NCBI GenBank assembly: GCA_038322405.1
Contig: JBBQFV010000003.1
Location: 1-36,774, forward strand
DNA length: 36,774 bases
Origin: Patescibacteria group bacterium
GTDB lineage: Bacteria; Patescibacteriota; UBA1384; CAILIB01
Direction of reading: 5' to 3'
Each line of letters begins with the position of its first letter. Within the stretch, counting starts at the first letter, position 1. Below are positions 26,651 to 35,794 of this stretch, piece after piece. Made by a program: the position numbers and the translations under genes. The notes under the pieces were generated by a model, which had not been told where the DNA came from, searched no databases, and worked only from the letters and a program-made list of their open reading frames with translations.

Positions 26651-26749
26651 AGGGGTAAATGTTAAGTAGTCTTCCCTCACTCTCGGGGATCGATCGCTTC
26701 GCGATCGTTGCCCCTCCAATCGCAAGTGTTAAGACAAATCTTTACTCCT
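26651..26749. other. ~100-nt nested imperfect hairpin directly upstream of tRNA-Pro
   Basis: AGGGGTAAA/TTTACTCCT, GTCTT/AAGAC, CACT/AGTG, GGGG/CCCC, CGATCG-CTTCG-CGATCG. Confidence 0.6.
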
Positions 26750-26758
26750 TGCTCATTC

Positions 26759-26834
26759 CGGGGAATAGCATAGCGGTTAGTGCGCCGGGCTGGGGGTCCG
26801 GAGATCGGAGGTTCGAATCCTCTTTCCCCGACCA
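26759..26834 (+). tRNA. tRNA-Pro(GGG), CCA encoded
   Basis: Acceptor CGGGGAA/TTCCCCG, D stem GCAT/GTGC, anticodon GGG 26792-26794, GTTCGAATC T-loop, ACCA end. Confidence 0.97.
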
Positions 26835-26894
26835 AAGTAAAAGAGAGTACATAAGTACTCTCTTTTACTTTGTCGTGAAGCGGAGATTCGAACC
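26833..26894. repeat. 18-bp perfect inverted repeat plus an inverted copy of the tRNA T-arm
   Basis: 26833-26850 / 26855-26872 perfect; GATTCGAACC 26885-26894 is the reverse complement of tRNA 26810-26819. Confidence 0.85.
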
Positions 26895-27015
26895 AGGCGA
26901 CGGCAAGCTGGGCAGGCTTGCCTAGTATCCGAGCGTATCAATTTCGCACTGTCGGTGCGATAGCGAGGATTTCCGCTATGAGTAGTTGAGCAGAGCGAAA
27001 AGGCGGTTAGTGTAG

Positions 27016-27061
27016 CGCTTCAAATGCGCTTCGCTAGATTGAGCGAAAGCATTTGAAAGCG
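27016..27061. repeat. REP-like hairpin
   Basis: TTCAAATGC/GCATTTGAA and TTCGCT/AGCGAA arms; shares CGCTTCGC with the hairpin upstream of the tRNA. Confidence 0.55.
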
Positions 27062-27209
27062 AACGAAAAAAGAGAAAAATTACAAGGCTTTAATAGCTAG
27101 TGCCTTAGTGTTTAAGGGAAGGAGTGTGGGTTTGGCTTGTGATACGCAAAAAGACCTAGTATTTTCCACTAATTGCGCTATACTCCGAATGCTTCGGAGC
27201 AATTAAAAA

Positions 27210-27632
27210 ATGAGTACAGAGCACCCCAACTCTTTTCACAGCGAAATGCTGCGACTTTGGACCAGTCGCCAACGGGTCCCCGACGAGCCTATCGAAAATG
27301 AGGACGATATCAATGCTGCAGTCAGCGAAATGATCCAAAACTTTGAGACCGTTGTGAGGCATCACTTCAATGCCCCAGGCAACGTGTCTCGCGAAGTCAA
27401 GATGTTGCACCTTTGTACCGATGCGAACAGGATCCGGTTCATCAACCGTGAAAGCGATGCGGAAGAGGTAACTACCCTTTCCCAAGCAATTAGCGAAGAT
27501 GACCTTAAGAATTCTGATCATCGGCGCTTGTGGCGCCACATTCACCAGAATGAGTTCACACCGGTTGTGAGACGCACGAAAGGAGAACACATTACGTTGT
27601 ATGCCGCCTTGACCATTCCGAGCCAAACGTAG
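27210..27632 (+). CDS. Orphan hypothetical protein, 140 aa
   Basis: TATACT -10 at 27179-27184, ATG start, strong terminator downstream. Confidence 0.7.
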   Translation: MSTEHPNSFHSEMLRLWTSRQRVPDEPIENEDDINAAVSEMIQNFETVVRHHFNAPGNVSREVKMLHLCTDANRIRFINRESDAEEVTTLSQAISEDDLKNSDHRRLWRHIHQNEFTPVVRRTKGEHITLYAALTIPSQT

Positions 27633-27681
27633 GAATAACCAGAACCAAAAGCCGCTAGCGTAAGCCGCTTAACTTCATTTG

Positions 27682-27717
27682 AAGGCTCAGTCATTATATG
27701 GCTGGGCCTTTTTCTTT
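27682..27717 (+). terminator. Intrinsic terminator
   Basis: AAGGCTCAGTCAT-TAT-ATGGCTGGGCCTT followed by TTTCTTT. Confidence 0.88.
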
Positions 27718-27724
27718 GCACTCC

Positions 27725-27753
27725 TTGATAATCTGACAAAAAAATGATATAAC
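27725..27753 (+). promoter_or_regulatory. Promoter TTGATA-17-(TG)TATAAC
   Basis: -35 at 27725-27730, extended -10 at 27745-27753, just after a terminator. Confidence 0.65.
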
Positions 27754-27759
27754 ACCTGG

Positions 27760-28030
27760 GCCTTGGCATTGGGTATACGGAGGTACCTAGTGGATATTTC
27801 GTCCTTGCCTCATCCTGACAGTAATGTTGAGCATGAACGAGGGTGTGACACCCTTAGAATAGCTCTTCCTTTCCTGGGAAAACGTCGAAGAGCTGGGAAG
27901 CAGGTAACAAAGCCACTGCTCTCACCTTCTGATCCGAAACCCCTAGGCACAGGAGGGACTGAGCAGCGGCCTGTGTAGCGGCATTAATCGTCTCCTTCTT
28001 TGGCCGTCTCTCCTGAGGCGGCCTTTTTCT
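27760..28030 (+). ncRNA. Unidentified ~270-nt structured RNA (sRNA or riboswitch/attenuator leader of the EamA gene)
   Basis: Five consecutive stems with G-U pairs on the plus strand, bounded by a promoter and a terminator; no credible ORF. Confidence 0.65.
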
Positions 28031-28032
28031 TT
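28002..28032 (+). terminator. Intrinsic terminator upstream of EamA
   Basis: GGCCGTCTC-TCCT-GAGGCGGCC-TTTTTCTTT. Confidence 0.9.
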
Positions 28033-28061
28033 AGGCCCGGAAACCCGTACACTGGATGCAT

Positions 28062-28937
28062 ATGCTTTGGCTCGTTTTTGCGATTATCGCGGCCCTTACG
28101 GTGTCTGCCGAGAATATTACAGAAAAAGGACTGATCCGCAGGCAGGATCCGGCCCTTTTTTCGGCAATTGTAATGGTTTTGTCAGGACTCATTGTCCTAC
28201 CTTTCATTTGGATAGTGGATTGGTCAAAAATCACCCTCCCCATTTTCCTCTGGATAGTGTTGTGTTCGCTTGTTGTTTCAAGCGCCTACAACTTTTCCAT
28301 GCGCTCCATGCGCCACCTGGAGATCAGCGTGTTTTCGCCCATGTCTACACTCACGCCGGCAATTGTGGCCATTATTGCCGCGGCAACTCTTGGTGAGTCG
28401 CTGAGTCACGGGCAAATTGCCGGATTATTTTTGCTCATCTGTGGCGGTTATGCATTGCAACTTAAACCAGGTCAAGATTGGCTTTACCCAATTCAGCGCA
28501 TGAGGCAGTCCAAGGACATTCACTACTTGCTGGTGTCGCTTGTTTTATACCCTGTCGCTTCAACCATGGGACGTTTTACATTTACTCACTTAGGAATTCA
28601 GCCGTATCACTATTTTATCCTTATTAGGGTACTTGCCGGCGTTTATTACGCATCCTATATTATTCTTTTCCGCGGAGGTGTGAGAACCATTACGCGAAGC
28701 ATTCCCAAGCACAAAGGAGGATTTTTTTGGACATCCCTGCTCTATACCACCTACGGCGCCGCGACCGGCCTTGCCTTGGCGGGTGCTTACGTGGTGAAGG
28801 TGCTGGCGGTTATTCGGTTGTCATCGCTTATAACGACGGTGGTGGGCGGAGAGATTTTTCACGAAAAAAACATTGGGCGCAAAACGTTCCTCTGCCTGCT
28901 CATGGTCATTGGAGTCATCTGGGTAGCAATGGGGTAA
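28062..28937 (+). CDS. EamA/DMT family transporter (ATG 28056 or 28062)
   Basis: About 10 TM helices in two repeats; LEISVFSP...LGE and GGEIFHEK motifs. Confidence 0.9.
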   Translation: MLWLVFAIIAALTVSAENITEKGLIRRQDPALFSAIVMVLSGLIVLPFIWIVDWSKITLPIFLWIVLCSLVVSSAYNFSMRSMRHLEISVFSPMSTLTPAIVAIIAAATLGESLSHGQIAGLFLLICGGYALQLKPGQDWLYPIQRMRQSKDIHYLLVSLVLYPVASTMGRFTFTHLGIQPYHYFILIRVLAGVYYASYIILFRGGVRTITRSIPKHKGGFFWTSLLYTTYGAATGLALAGAYVVKVLAVIRLSSLITTVVGGEIFHEKNIGRKTFLCLLMVIGVIWVAMG

Positions 28938-28944
28938 AACCTAC

Positions 28945-29036
28945 AAAGAGGTGCACATTGTTAGATGCCTCACCTCCTCGCGCTGGAAAAGAATCAAACG
29001 TTGTGGCGGAGGTCACTAACAATATGCGCCTTTTTT
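28945..29036. other. ~90-nt interrupted hairpin ending in a U-run (terminator-like)
   Basis: AAAGAGGTGCA/TGCGCCTTTTT, ATTGTTAG/CTAACAAT, ACCTCC/GGAGGT nested stems. Confidence 0.65.
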
Positions 29037-29072
29037 ACTTATACTTAGGAGTGTAATAAACCTTACCCATAT

Positions 29073-30287
29073 ATGGCACGTACGCGTACTCCACACCGAG
29101 TCGTGATCGTAGGGGGCGGATTCGGGGGCATCCGAGCAGCGCTTGACTTAGCAAAGCAGAAGATTCCGAATCTCTCGATCACGCTTATCAGCGATCGCCC
29201 GCACTTCGAATATTACCCAACGCTTTACCGTGTGGTAACCGGCTACTCGCCGTCGCAGTCTACCATTCCCTACAGCCTCATTTTTCGCAAACTTCCCATC
29301 GATTTTTGTGAAGACCGGGTAGTGAAAGTGGATCTGGCGGAAAAGCTGGTGTATGGCGGCCTCGGCTCGCCGTATCAATATGACAGCCTCATTATGGCCC
29401 TTGGCTGTGAGACGGGGTACTTCAACATTCCAGGCCTTCCGGAACTTTCTTACGGATTTAAGTCGATAGGCGAGGCAGAGCGCTTAAAGTCGCACCTCAA
29501 CCAGGCCCTTACGCCTTCGGAGACCGATACTCCTGAGCAAAAAGTAGCTGCTGCCCACTTCATTATTGTAGGAGGCGGGCCAACGGGTGTTGAACTTGCT
29601 GGTGAGTTGCAGCGTTATGCCAGGCATCTGGCTAAGAAAAAAGGCTTTGACCCTGGCTTTATCACGGTGAGCCTCATTGAAGGTACACCGCGCCTGTTGC
29701 CAACCATGCCTGAAGACGTATCGGCTAAGGTAATGGACTACTTGCACACCCAAGGCGTGAATATTTACGTGAACCGCACGGTTACCAAGCAAGAGCTGGA
29801 GGAGCTGTTCCTTAAAGATATGACTTTTAAAACCAAAACGGTGGTGTGGGCGGCGGGAGTTAAGACAAACTCGCTCTACGGAAAAACCGAAGGTTTTGAA
29901 TATGACAAACGAGGGCGGGTGATAGTCGATGACAACATGCGCGCCAAGGGTCACAGTAATGTTTTTGTCATTGGGGACGGTGCTAGTACTCAATACGGTG
30001 GCATGGCCCAAACGGCAAACGATGACGCCAAGTATGTCGCAAGCTTTATTGTGAGCAAAGTGAATGGAGGAAAAAAGTTTCCTAAGCACGTGCAACACAA
30101 ACCAATTTATGCCACCCCAGCTGGCAAACACTGGGCGGCGGTGTTGTGGGGCGAAACCCGTATTTACGGCTTGACCGGGTATACCATGCGCAAAGCTGCC
30201 GATTTTCGCTACTTCCTCGGTATTTTGCCGTTTTGGAAGGCAGTTGCAACATTCCGTAAGGTGTTTGTGCGCAGCGACCTTCCGTAA
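29073..30287 (+). CDS. ndh: Type II NADH dehydrogenase-like FAD oxidoreductase
   Basis: GGGFGG, GGGPTGVELAGE, WAAGV, VFVIGD motifs. Confidence 0.88.
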   Translation: MARTRTPHRVVIVGGGFGGIRAALDLAKQKIPNLSITLISDRPHFEYYPTLYRVVTGYSPSQSTIPYSLIFRKLPIDFCEDRVVKVDLAEKLVYGGLGSPYQYDSLIMALGCETGYFNIPGLPELSYGFKSIGEAERLKSHLNQALTPSETDTPEQKVAAAHFIIVGGGPTGVELAGELQRYARHLAKKKGFDPGFITVSLIEGTPRLLPTMPEDVSAKVMDYLHTQGVNIYVNRTVTKQELEELFLKDMTFKTKTVVWAAGVKTNSLYGKTEGFEYDKRGRVIVDDNMRAKGHSNVFVIGDGASTQYGGMAQTANDDAKYVASFIVSKVNGGKKFPKHVQHKPIYATPAGKHWAAVLWGETRIYGLTGYTMRKAADFRYFLGILPFWKAVATFRKVFVRSDLP

Positions 30288-30304
30288 ACTCTGGGGGCAA
30301 TTCA

Positions 30305-30442
30305 TTGCAATATACACTCTAATCTGCTAACGTTTATAACGAAACAGTGCGCTAGCCCCACGGGGCAAGCATGATTTGGACCTCACGCGAAACCTATCGC
30401 AAAGACTCTCGGTCATAGTGCGCATCACCCACATAATCAGGT
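30305..30442 (+). promoter_or_regulatory. Promoter (TTGCAA-17-TGcTAACGT) and ~100-nt structured 5' leader of the helicase gene
   Basis: -35 at 30305-30310, -10 at 30328-30333; closing stem 30347-30353/30417-30423 with internal hairpins. Confidence 0.6.
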
Positions 30443-31831
30443 ATGACAAATCAGATCCCTTCTGGGAGCCCTGCTCCTATTGAAGATGCTACGCGTGAAG
30501 TAACATTCCACGACCTCGGCATCGCACCGCAAATCCTGCAGAGTCTCGACCACTACAAATACATTGTTCCTACCCCAATTCAGCGCGACGCAATTCCGCT
30601 CATTGCAATTGGCAACGATGTCACCGGCATTGCCCAAACAGGAACCGGCAAAACAATGGCTTTTGGTATCCCAATAGTCCAGCACCTCATGCTGCAAGGC
30701 GGCCATGCCTTAATCATGGTTCCTACCCGTGAGCTGGCTTACCAAGTTGCCGAAAGCCTCGCTAAAATTACCCGTCCGCTCAACTTGAAGTTGGCCGTGC
30801 TGGTTGGTGGCGAGCTTATGTACAAGCAACTGCGGATGCTCAAAGAGAACCCGGATATTTTCGTGGCCACTCCCGGCCGCTTGAACGATATAATTCGGCG
30901 CAACCGCATCGACCTTTCCAAAGTACGGGCCGTTGTTTTAGATGAGGCCGACCGTATGTTGGATATGGGTTTTGCGCCTCAGATTGAATCGGTCATGGCG
31001 GTAGTCCCGAGCGAGCGCCAGACCATGCTATTCTCAGCTACTATGCCGGCTACCATTAAGCGCTTGGCAGACATCTACCAAAAAGACCCAGTACGGGTTG
31101 AGGTTTCACCGGCTGGCAGTACTGTTGCCCAAGTAAGCCAAGAATTGGTGGTGGTAAACCGTAATGCCAAACCAGAAATGATGGAACGCATTTTGAGCGA
31201 ATACCGCCAGGGTCCCGTACTCATCTTTTCCCGCACCAAAAGTGGCGCCGCGACTTTGGCGCGCAATGTGCGGGCATTGGGTCATACTGCTTCTGAACTG
31301 CACTCTGAGCGTACCCTTCCCGAGCGTCGACAAGCTTTGGCTGACTTTAAAAATGGGCGCGCCCGCGTACTTGTCGCTACCGATATTGCTGCCCGCGGCA
31401 TTGACGTAAGTGGCATTAGCCTCGTCTTGAATTATGACCTTCCGGACAACCCAGAAGACTACGTGCACCGCATTGGCCGTACAGGACGGGCAGGCCTTGG
31501 GGGTCACGCCATTTCGTTTGCCACTCCTGACCAAGGTAAGGAAGTAAAAGCCATTGAGCGCTTAATTACTAAAGGTATTCCGCGTTCTGAACGTACTGAC
31601 TTGGTGATGGAAGATGTATTCCGCACCGGTGGGCGCAGTTTTGCAGGAGGCCGCAGCCGTGGGCCACGCCCAACTGGCCGAGACGACCGCCCCGACAGCC
31701 GCCCAGCTCGTTCTGGCAGTTTTGGCGAACGTCCGCGATACCGCGAAGCGGCTCCCGAAGTTACCTTTACCAATATTAGCGCGCCATCGGGCTTTACCGG
31801 GCCTCGCAGCAACCGAAACAAGCGTCGCTAA
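30443..31831 (+). CDS. DEAD-box RNA helicase with Arg/Gly-rich tail
   Basis: Q motif, TGTGKT, PTREL, DEAD, SAT, HRIGRTGR. Confidence 0.96.
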   Translation: MTNQIPSGSPAPIEDATREVTFHDLGIAPQILQSLDHYKYIVPTPIQRDAIPLIAIGNDVTGIAQTGTGKTMAFGIPIVQHLMLQGGHALIMVPTRELAYQVAESLAKITRPLNLKLAVLVGGELMYKQLRMLKENPDIFVATPGRLNDIIRRNRIDLSKVRAVVLDEADRMLDMGFAPQIESVMAVVPSERQTMLFSATMPATIKRLADIYQKDPVRVEVSPAGSTVAQVSQELVVVNRNAKPEMMERILSEYRQGPVLIFSRTKSGAATLARNVRALGHTASELHSERTLPERRQALADFKNGRARVLVATDIAARGIDVSGISLVLNYDLPDNPEDYVHRIGRTGRAGLGGHAISFATPDQGKEVKAIERLITKGIPRSERTDLVMEDVFRTGGRSFAGGRSRGPRPTGRDDRPDSRPARSGSFGERPRYREAAPEVTFTNISAPSGFTGPRSNRNKRR

Positions 31832-31837
31832 CCGCAC

Positions 31838-32632
31838 ATGACGGTCCCTGAGTTTCAGCGTACCGTCTACGAATACTACCGCGAACACGGCCGTTCTTTT
31901 CCGTGGCGCGAGACAATCGACCCATACGCCATAACGGTTTCTGAGCTCATGCTGCAGCAAACCCAAACGGAGCGGGTCGTTCCTAAATACCTGGCTTTTT
32001 TAGCGAAGCTTCCTACTTGGGAAGCAGTAGCTACTGTCGATACCGCTACCTTGCTCCGACTGTGGCAGGGTTTGGGGTATAACCGGCGGGCACTCAATTT
32101 GAAGCGCATGGCTGAGGCGGTAGTGATCAAAGGGTTACAAAATAATGACAACTACCTACGCGCCTTGCCTGGCATAGGCCCTTATACTGCCGGTGCCATT
32201 CGGACCTTTGCCTTCAACGAGCCGGTGGTTATGATTGAGACCAACATTCGCCGGGCATTTTTATATCATTTTTTCGATGGCAAAGAAGGGGTGGCGGACA
32301 AGGAGCTGCTGCCGATTATTGAGGAGGCAGTAGACCGAAATCACCCACGTGAGTGGTACTACGCGCTCATGGACTACGGCGCCTGGCTTGCCAAAACTCA
32401 ACCAAATGCCAACCGGCGCAGCAAACACTACGCAAAGCGAAGTGCCTTTACTGGTTCGCTTCGCCAATTGCGGGGTCATATTGTACGTTACGCTACGGTT
32501 CATCCAGTCACTACCATGACAGAATTGTTACAGGAGACCGACCAGCAACCCGAGCGACTCACCGAAGCGCTTAGTAGCCTCATCAAAGACGGCTTTTTAA
32601 CCCAAGATGGCGACACCATTCAGCTTGCTTAA
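31838..32632 (+). CDS. mutY: MutY-like HhH-GPD adenine glycosylase without Fe-S cluster
   Basis: PWR, VSELMLQQTQ, WQGLGYNRRA, LPGIGPYTA, ALMDYGA; no cysteines. Confidence 0.8.
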   Translation: MTVPEFQRTVYEYYREHGRSFPWRETIDPYAITVSELMLQQTQTERVVPKYLAFLAKLPTWEAVATVDTATLLRLWQGLGYNRRALNLKRMAEAVVIKGLQNNDNYLRALPGIGPYTAGAIRTFAFNEPVVMIETNIRRAFLYHFFDGKEGVADKELLPIIEEAVDRNHPREWYYALMDYGAWLAKTQPNANRRSKHYAKRSAFTGSLRQLRGHIVRYATVHPVTTMTELLQETDQQPERLTEALSSLIKDGFLTQDGDTIQLA

Positions 32633-32677
32633 CCTTTCTAATCTACCAGATTCGGCTACACTGTTAGCCAAACACCT

Positions 32678-33367
32678 ATGCAGGCTTTTCTCCTCTTTTC
32701 TCATCAGCTATTTCCTATCGTTGCTCGCCGGCCGCGCGACACGGTTATTTACTTGCTTGAGGATTCGAGGCTATTCCGTTCAAGTGTAGATCAAGGAAAG
32801 GCTATATTTCATCGGGCGGCACTGCAAGCAATGCGCGAAAGGCTGCTTGTCAAAGGGTTTGCCGTTCGTTATTTGGGAGCCGATGAATACCCCGAGCTGA
32901 GTATTGCCCTTAAGTCAATTGCTAGTGAACATCCGGAAAAACTTCAGTTCTATACACTTGGTGATAAAAACCTGACCAAACAGCTCAATTCCCTACTAAA
33001 GAAAGCCGGAATATCGTTCGAAGAATTAGCGAGCCCTACCCCACCCATTAAGCTAATCCCTCGTCAAGACTACATACCAACCGTACTCCCGCCCATTGAA
33101 CCTAACCGCTACGTGTTAGAGGCCGCGCGTTACTTTGCCCAAATGGTCAAGGACAGCGGGGAAGTTTCTTTTGCCTATCCCGTAACGCCAGGGGATGCTG
33201 AAGAGTGGCTTGATGTATTGCCCGATTACCTTAAAACAAAAAAAGCTAAGGACGTTGTGTGTGACATAGTGCCTCTCCTCATGGCTGGGCTTATTGACCT
33301 TACGACGCTCGAAAAGACCCTTACTCCCCAAGCTAAAATGGTTTTTCACTCACTACTTATTGGTTAA
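32678..33367 (+). CDS. Truncated photolyase-related (cryptochrome/photolyase family N-terminal-like) protein, 229 aa
   Basis: LLFSHQLF, YLLED, IFHRAAL and YPVT..DAEEWL resemble photolyase-related proteins; too short for the FAD domain. Confidence 0.55.
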   Translation: MQAFLLFSHQLFPIVARRPRDTVIYLLEDSRLFRSSVDQGKAIFHRAALQAMRERLLVKGFAVRYLGADEYPELSIALKSIASEHPEKLQFYTLGDKNLTKQLNSLLKKAGISFEELASPTPPIKLIPRQDYIPTVLPPIEPNRYVLEAARYFAQMVKDSGEVSFAYPVTPGDAEEWLDVLPDYLKTKKAKDVVCDIVPLLMAGLIDLTTLEKTLTPQAKMVFHSLLIG

Positions 33368-33428
33368 GCCCCTTGTATTTAGGGAGTTTTTCTGGCTATC
33401 TAAAGAAAACAAAAAGGAGGTGACTCGT

Positions 33429-33962
33429 TTGTGTGTAAAGTTGCAACGCTACATTGACGAATTCGCTGCAGTCCAAGGCGCTCAACCAGTGTTTTGGGAC
33501 GTAACAATTGCCTATATCTTGGTAGATTTCAGTTCGTATGTGGACATTTATCCCGATGCACAGGTGGCCGCTTGGTTTGCTCGTGATCTTTGGAATGCGG
33601 AATTTGCTGACATGCACGAGAGAGCCTTAAGAAGGACGCTCAAACGCATGATTACCACTACGGATGTAAATAAGTTTACCCGCGTTGAACTTGTTGGGGA
33701 AGTGATTTGCACGTACTTAAGAAGAAAGTCGGAGATCACCGTTCTTGAAAGGATTCACGGGATTGTAAGAACGCTACAAAACCAAGAGAAGAAGGCAAAG
33801 TCTGGGTGGGAAACTTCAATGTTAGACATTGAAGATCTTCTTATTTTTGAAAGACAATTGATTGCCCAGCACTGCTTGAACTATGGAATAGACGTAAGCG
33901 ACATGACTGAAATGCTTTGGTCATTTACTGAACGTCTAAATACTCCCAGGCCACCCGAATAG
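33429..33962 (+). CDS. Orphan helical hypothetical protein, 177 aa (start revised to TTG 33429)
   Basis: AAGGAGGTGA SD at 33414-33423, 5 nt before an in-frame TTG; terminator at the stop. Confidence 0.7.
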   Translation: MCVKLQRYIDEFAAVQGAQPVFWDVTIAYILVDFSSYVDIYPDAQVAAWFARDLWNAEFADMHERALRRTLKRMITTTDVNKFTRVELVGEVICTYLRRKSEITVLERIHGIVRTLQNQEKKAKSGWETSMLDIEDLLIFERQLIAQHCLNYGIDVSDMTEMLWSFTERLNTPRPPE

Positions 33963-33976
33963 GGTGGCTCTTTTTT
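33949..33976 (+). terminator. Intrinsic terminator overlapping the stop codon
   Basis: GGCCACCC-GAATA-GGGTGGCT-CTTTTTT. Confidence 0.85.
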
Positions 33977-34393
33977 AATGCCCGCGTCGGCTGTTCTTGT
34001 GCCGTTGCACCGCTTTCATGCGCATAATGTGCTGGGCGAGTTGGGCAGAAGCGGCACGCAGTTCATTGTCACTTGTGGCACTACTTTTCAACTCTTCGAC
34101 CCTGTGGATGGCTTCTTGTATTTTAACCTCGTCCAAATTGGCGGCGAGTTCGGCAGAGTCGGCCATAATGTAGACGGTATTCTCAAAAACCTCGACAAAC
34201 CCGCCAATGGTTGCGAGCACTTCGTCGGGGCCTGCAGCTTTTTTCACCACAACAGAGCCGGCTTTTAACTCGGCAAGCAGGGGAAGGTGGCCAGTGCGAA
34301 TACCTAGCTCCCCGCCAGTGGTTGGCAACAAAACCTCCACACCCTCGGTGCGGTGGACAGGTTTTTCAGGACTAAGAACTTCGACTTGCAACA

Positions 34394-34394
<1 letters not shown>
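33975..34394 (-). CDS. atpC: F1 ATP synthase epsilon subunit
   Basis: VLSPEK, GELGI..GH.P, GGFVEV; follows atpD. Confidence 0.95.

Positions 34395-35794
<1,400 letters not shown>

Noticed and set aside
26810-27632. Prophage or integrative element at tRNA-Pro
   Set aside because: No integrase and no direct repeat of the tRNA 3' end seen in the window; the copy present is inverted.
27911-27960. GCCACTG (cobalamin riboswitch-like) and GAGGGACTG (SAM-I-like) fragments
   Set aside because: The other conserved elements of these riboswitches are missing.
27763-27978. 71-aa ORF inside the structured RNA
   Set aside because: TTG start, no SD, no motif; dense base pairing explains the sequence better.
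29484-30317. 277-aa minus-strand ORF
   Set aside because: Antisense shadow of ndh.
33294-33428. N-terminal extension of the 222-aa ORF call
   Set aside because: Overlaps the upstream gene; a perfect SD supports TTG 33429.
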